NCBI RefSeq assembly: GCF_044704955.1
Contig: NC_091987.1
Span: 208,258,001 to 208,322,000, forward strand
Length of the DNA: 64,000 nucleotides
Reading direction: 5' to 3'
Source: Pristiophorus japonicus
Taxonomy: Eukaryota
The notes below the pieces were generated by a model. It worked only from the letters and a program-made list of their open reading frames with translations, made no database searches and was not told the origin of the DNA. The translations under genes and the position numbers were made by a program. Within the stretch, counting starts at the first letter, position 1; every line of letters begins with the position of its first letter. This document shows positions 62,296 to 64,000 of the stretch, piece by piece.

Positions 62296-62566
62296 TAAGG
62301 GTCCTCTGCCCGCTTGGCTTCGTGGACGGGCAACTCCGGATTTCCCGCCCCCTTCCCACCGACTGGCAGCCTTACCTATCCACGTCCGCTTGGCACTGGC
62401 AGTTCACCGCTTTTATTGCTGCGAAGCTTGATTGATGAAAACCTGTTCTGGCCTTGGCCAGGTTTCATCAGGCACGTGGGGTGGACACCCCACTCACTGG
62501 CCCTACACTCCAGGCCAAAGTCCATCCCATAGCATGGGGGTACTTGTGCTTGAACCACAATAGGAT

Positions 62567-63248
62567 AGTATGCAGGTACAGCAAGTGATCAGGAAGGCCA
62601 ATGGTATCTTGGCCTTTATTGCAAAGAAGATGGAGTATAAAAGCAGGGAAGTCTTACTACAGCTATATAAGGTATTAGTGAGGCCACACCTGGAATACTG
62701 CGTGCAGTTTTGTTTTACATATTTACGAAAGGATATACTTGCTGTGGAGGCAGTTCAGAAAAGGTTCACTCGGTTGATTCCGGGGATGAGGGAGCTCACT
62801 TATGAGGAAAGGTTGAATAGGTTGGGCCTCTACTCATTGGAATTCAGAAGAATGAGAGGTGATCTTATCGAAACGTATGAAGATAATGAGGGGGCTTGAC
62901 AGGTGGATACAGAGAGGATGTTTCCACTGATGGGGTAGACTCGAACTAGAGGGCACAATCTTAGAATAAGGGGCCGCCCATTTAAAACAGAGATGAGGAG
63001 AAATTTCTTCTCTGAGAGTTGTGAATCTGTGGAATTCGCTGCCTCAGAGAGCTGTGGAAGCTGGGACATTGAATAAATTTAAGACTGAAATAGACGGTTT
63101 CTTAATCGATAAGGGGATAAGGGGTTATGGGGAGTGGGCGGGGAAGTGGAGCTGAGTCCATGATCAGATCAGCCATGACCTTATTGAATGGCAGAGCAGG
63201 CTCGAGGGGCCGTATGGCCTACTCCTGCTCCTATTTCTTATGTTCTTA
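62567..63248 (+). mobile_element. CR1 3' fragment
   Basis: ORF 62570..62899 and a TTCTTATG tail. Confidence 0.9.
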
Positions 63249-64000
63249 TCATTTGTTTGCCTCAAGTCCAGACCAGGTGTTATCTTTACCCACTAGGCTA
63301 TTCCGGTCCACTGGCAGTTAGAACAATGATTTATTTTATACAAAAATTAAAACTTTTTCTCCATTTTTTTGGCACAACCTGATCATTCTAAAGTGCAATT
63401 TTGATTTCTGCACTGGAATCTTTAAATTGTCGGCAAATATTGTAGACACTCATTTAAAACCGAATCCTTCTACCATTAAAATAATTGCTTGAAGCTCCAA
63501 TACCTTGATGGAAGCACTAGTTATACATACATATATATATCAAAAAAAACCTATCCCTTGGCTGCCAGGGGTGTTGCTATTGGAAACCCAGGTGGCCTTG
63601 GAGTATTTACAGTGCAGATCATTTCAGTCTGTCACTATGCAAATACCCTCGTAATCTGATTGCTCTGAAGAACAGAAGGATTCTGATACATACTGAGTTA
63701 TTGGCTAGAGCATATGCTAAAGATTTCCGGCTCAGTTAGACGGGTGGAGAAGCAGGGGCTGTCTCGATCACATGGCTTTGTAGCATGTTGGGATGTGCTT
63801 GGAACGCACTTAGCGTGTCAACCTTTGGAACTTTTAATATTCAATCTCCCGAAAGACTAACATTGCCTCTATCCAATTTTCTACAAGATCTAATCCATTT
63901 AGGCGATCTAGTTGGGCATAATTCTCATTCCCTTGTGTTCTAGCGTCAATGTCCCTCAAGGCTTTTATTTTGGACTTCAGCAGAACTTTTAGATGGCTGA

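Noticed and set aside
1-64000. CRISPR arrays, rRNA or prokaryotic systems
   Set aside because: There is no repeat-spacer periodicity or operon structure. The 8-bp tandem repeats are CR1 tails.

Overview
Eukaryotic, repeat-dense vertebrate DNA, most likely from a shark or other cartilaginous fish (inferred from SacSINE1-like DeuSINEs and the CR1/L2/Penelope complement). The only host gene I can support is the 3' half of a nuclear IkappaB gene, best matching NFKBID (IkappaBNS), on the minus strand. It has five coding exons (42934-42985, 24681-24850, 22379-22495, 7123-7287, 3704-3769) with canonical GT-AG sites and consistent phases, separated by TE-filled introns of 2-18 kb. I did not find its upstream exons. 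Most of the remainder is transposon-derived: more than 25 CR1 3' fragments, about 15 DeuSINEs, L2 and Penelope remnants, a full-length decayed Gypsy LTR element, Harbinger-type elements and MITEs with 3-bp TSDs, a TA-flanked MITE, and an RTE-tailed non-coding element. The most striking observation is a solo LTR at 51388-54822, whose uninterrupted sibling lies at 734-1010. It has been hit twice at the same 15-bp site by Tx1-clade LINEs with nearly identical 5' ends, which suggests an LTR-targeting, site-specific Tx1 family. Other notable items are a Penelope hammerhead ribozyme split at its GAAA core by a CR1, and CTCF-like motifs delivered by several unrelated TEs. Most of the small ORFs in the track are TE by-products. 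TE boundaries are approximate unless a TSD or TIR is quoted.
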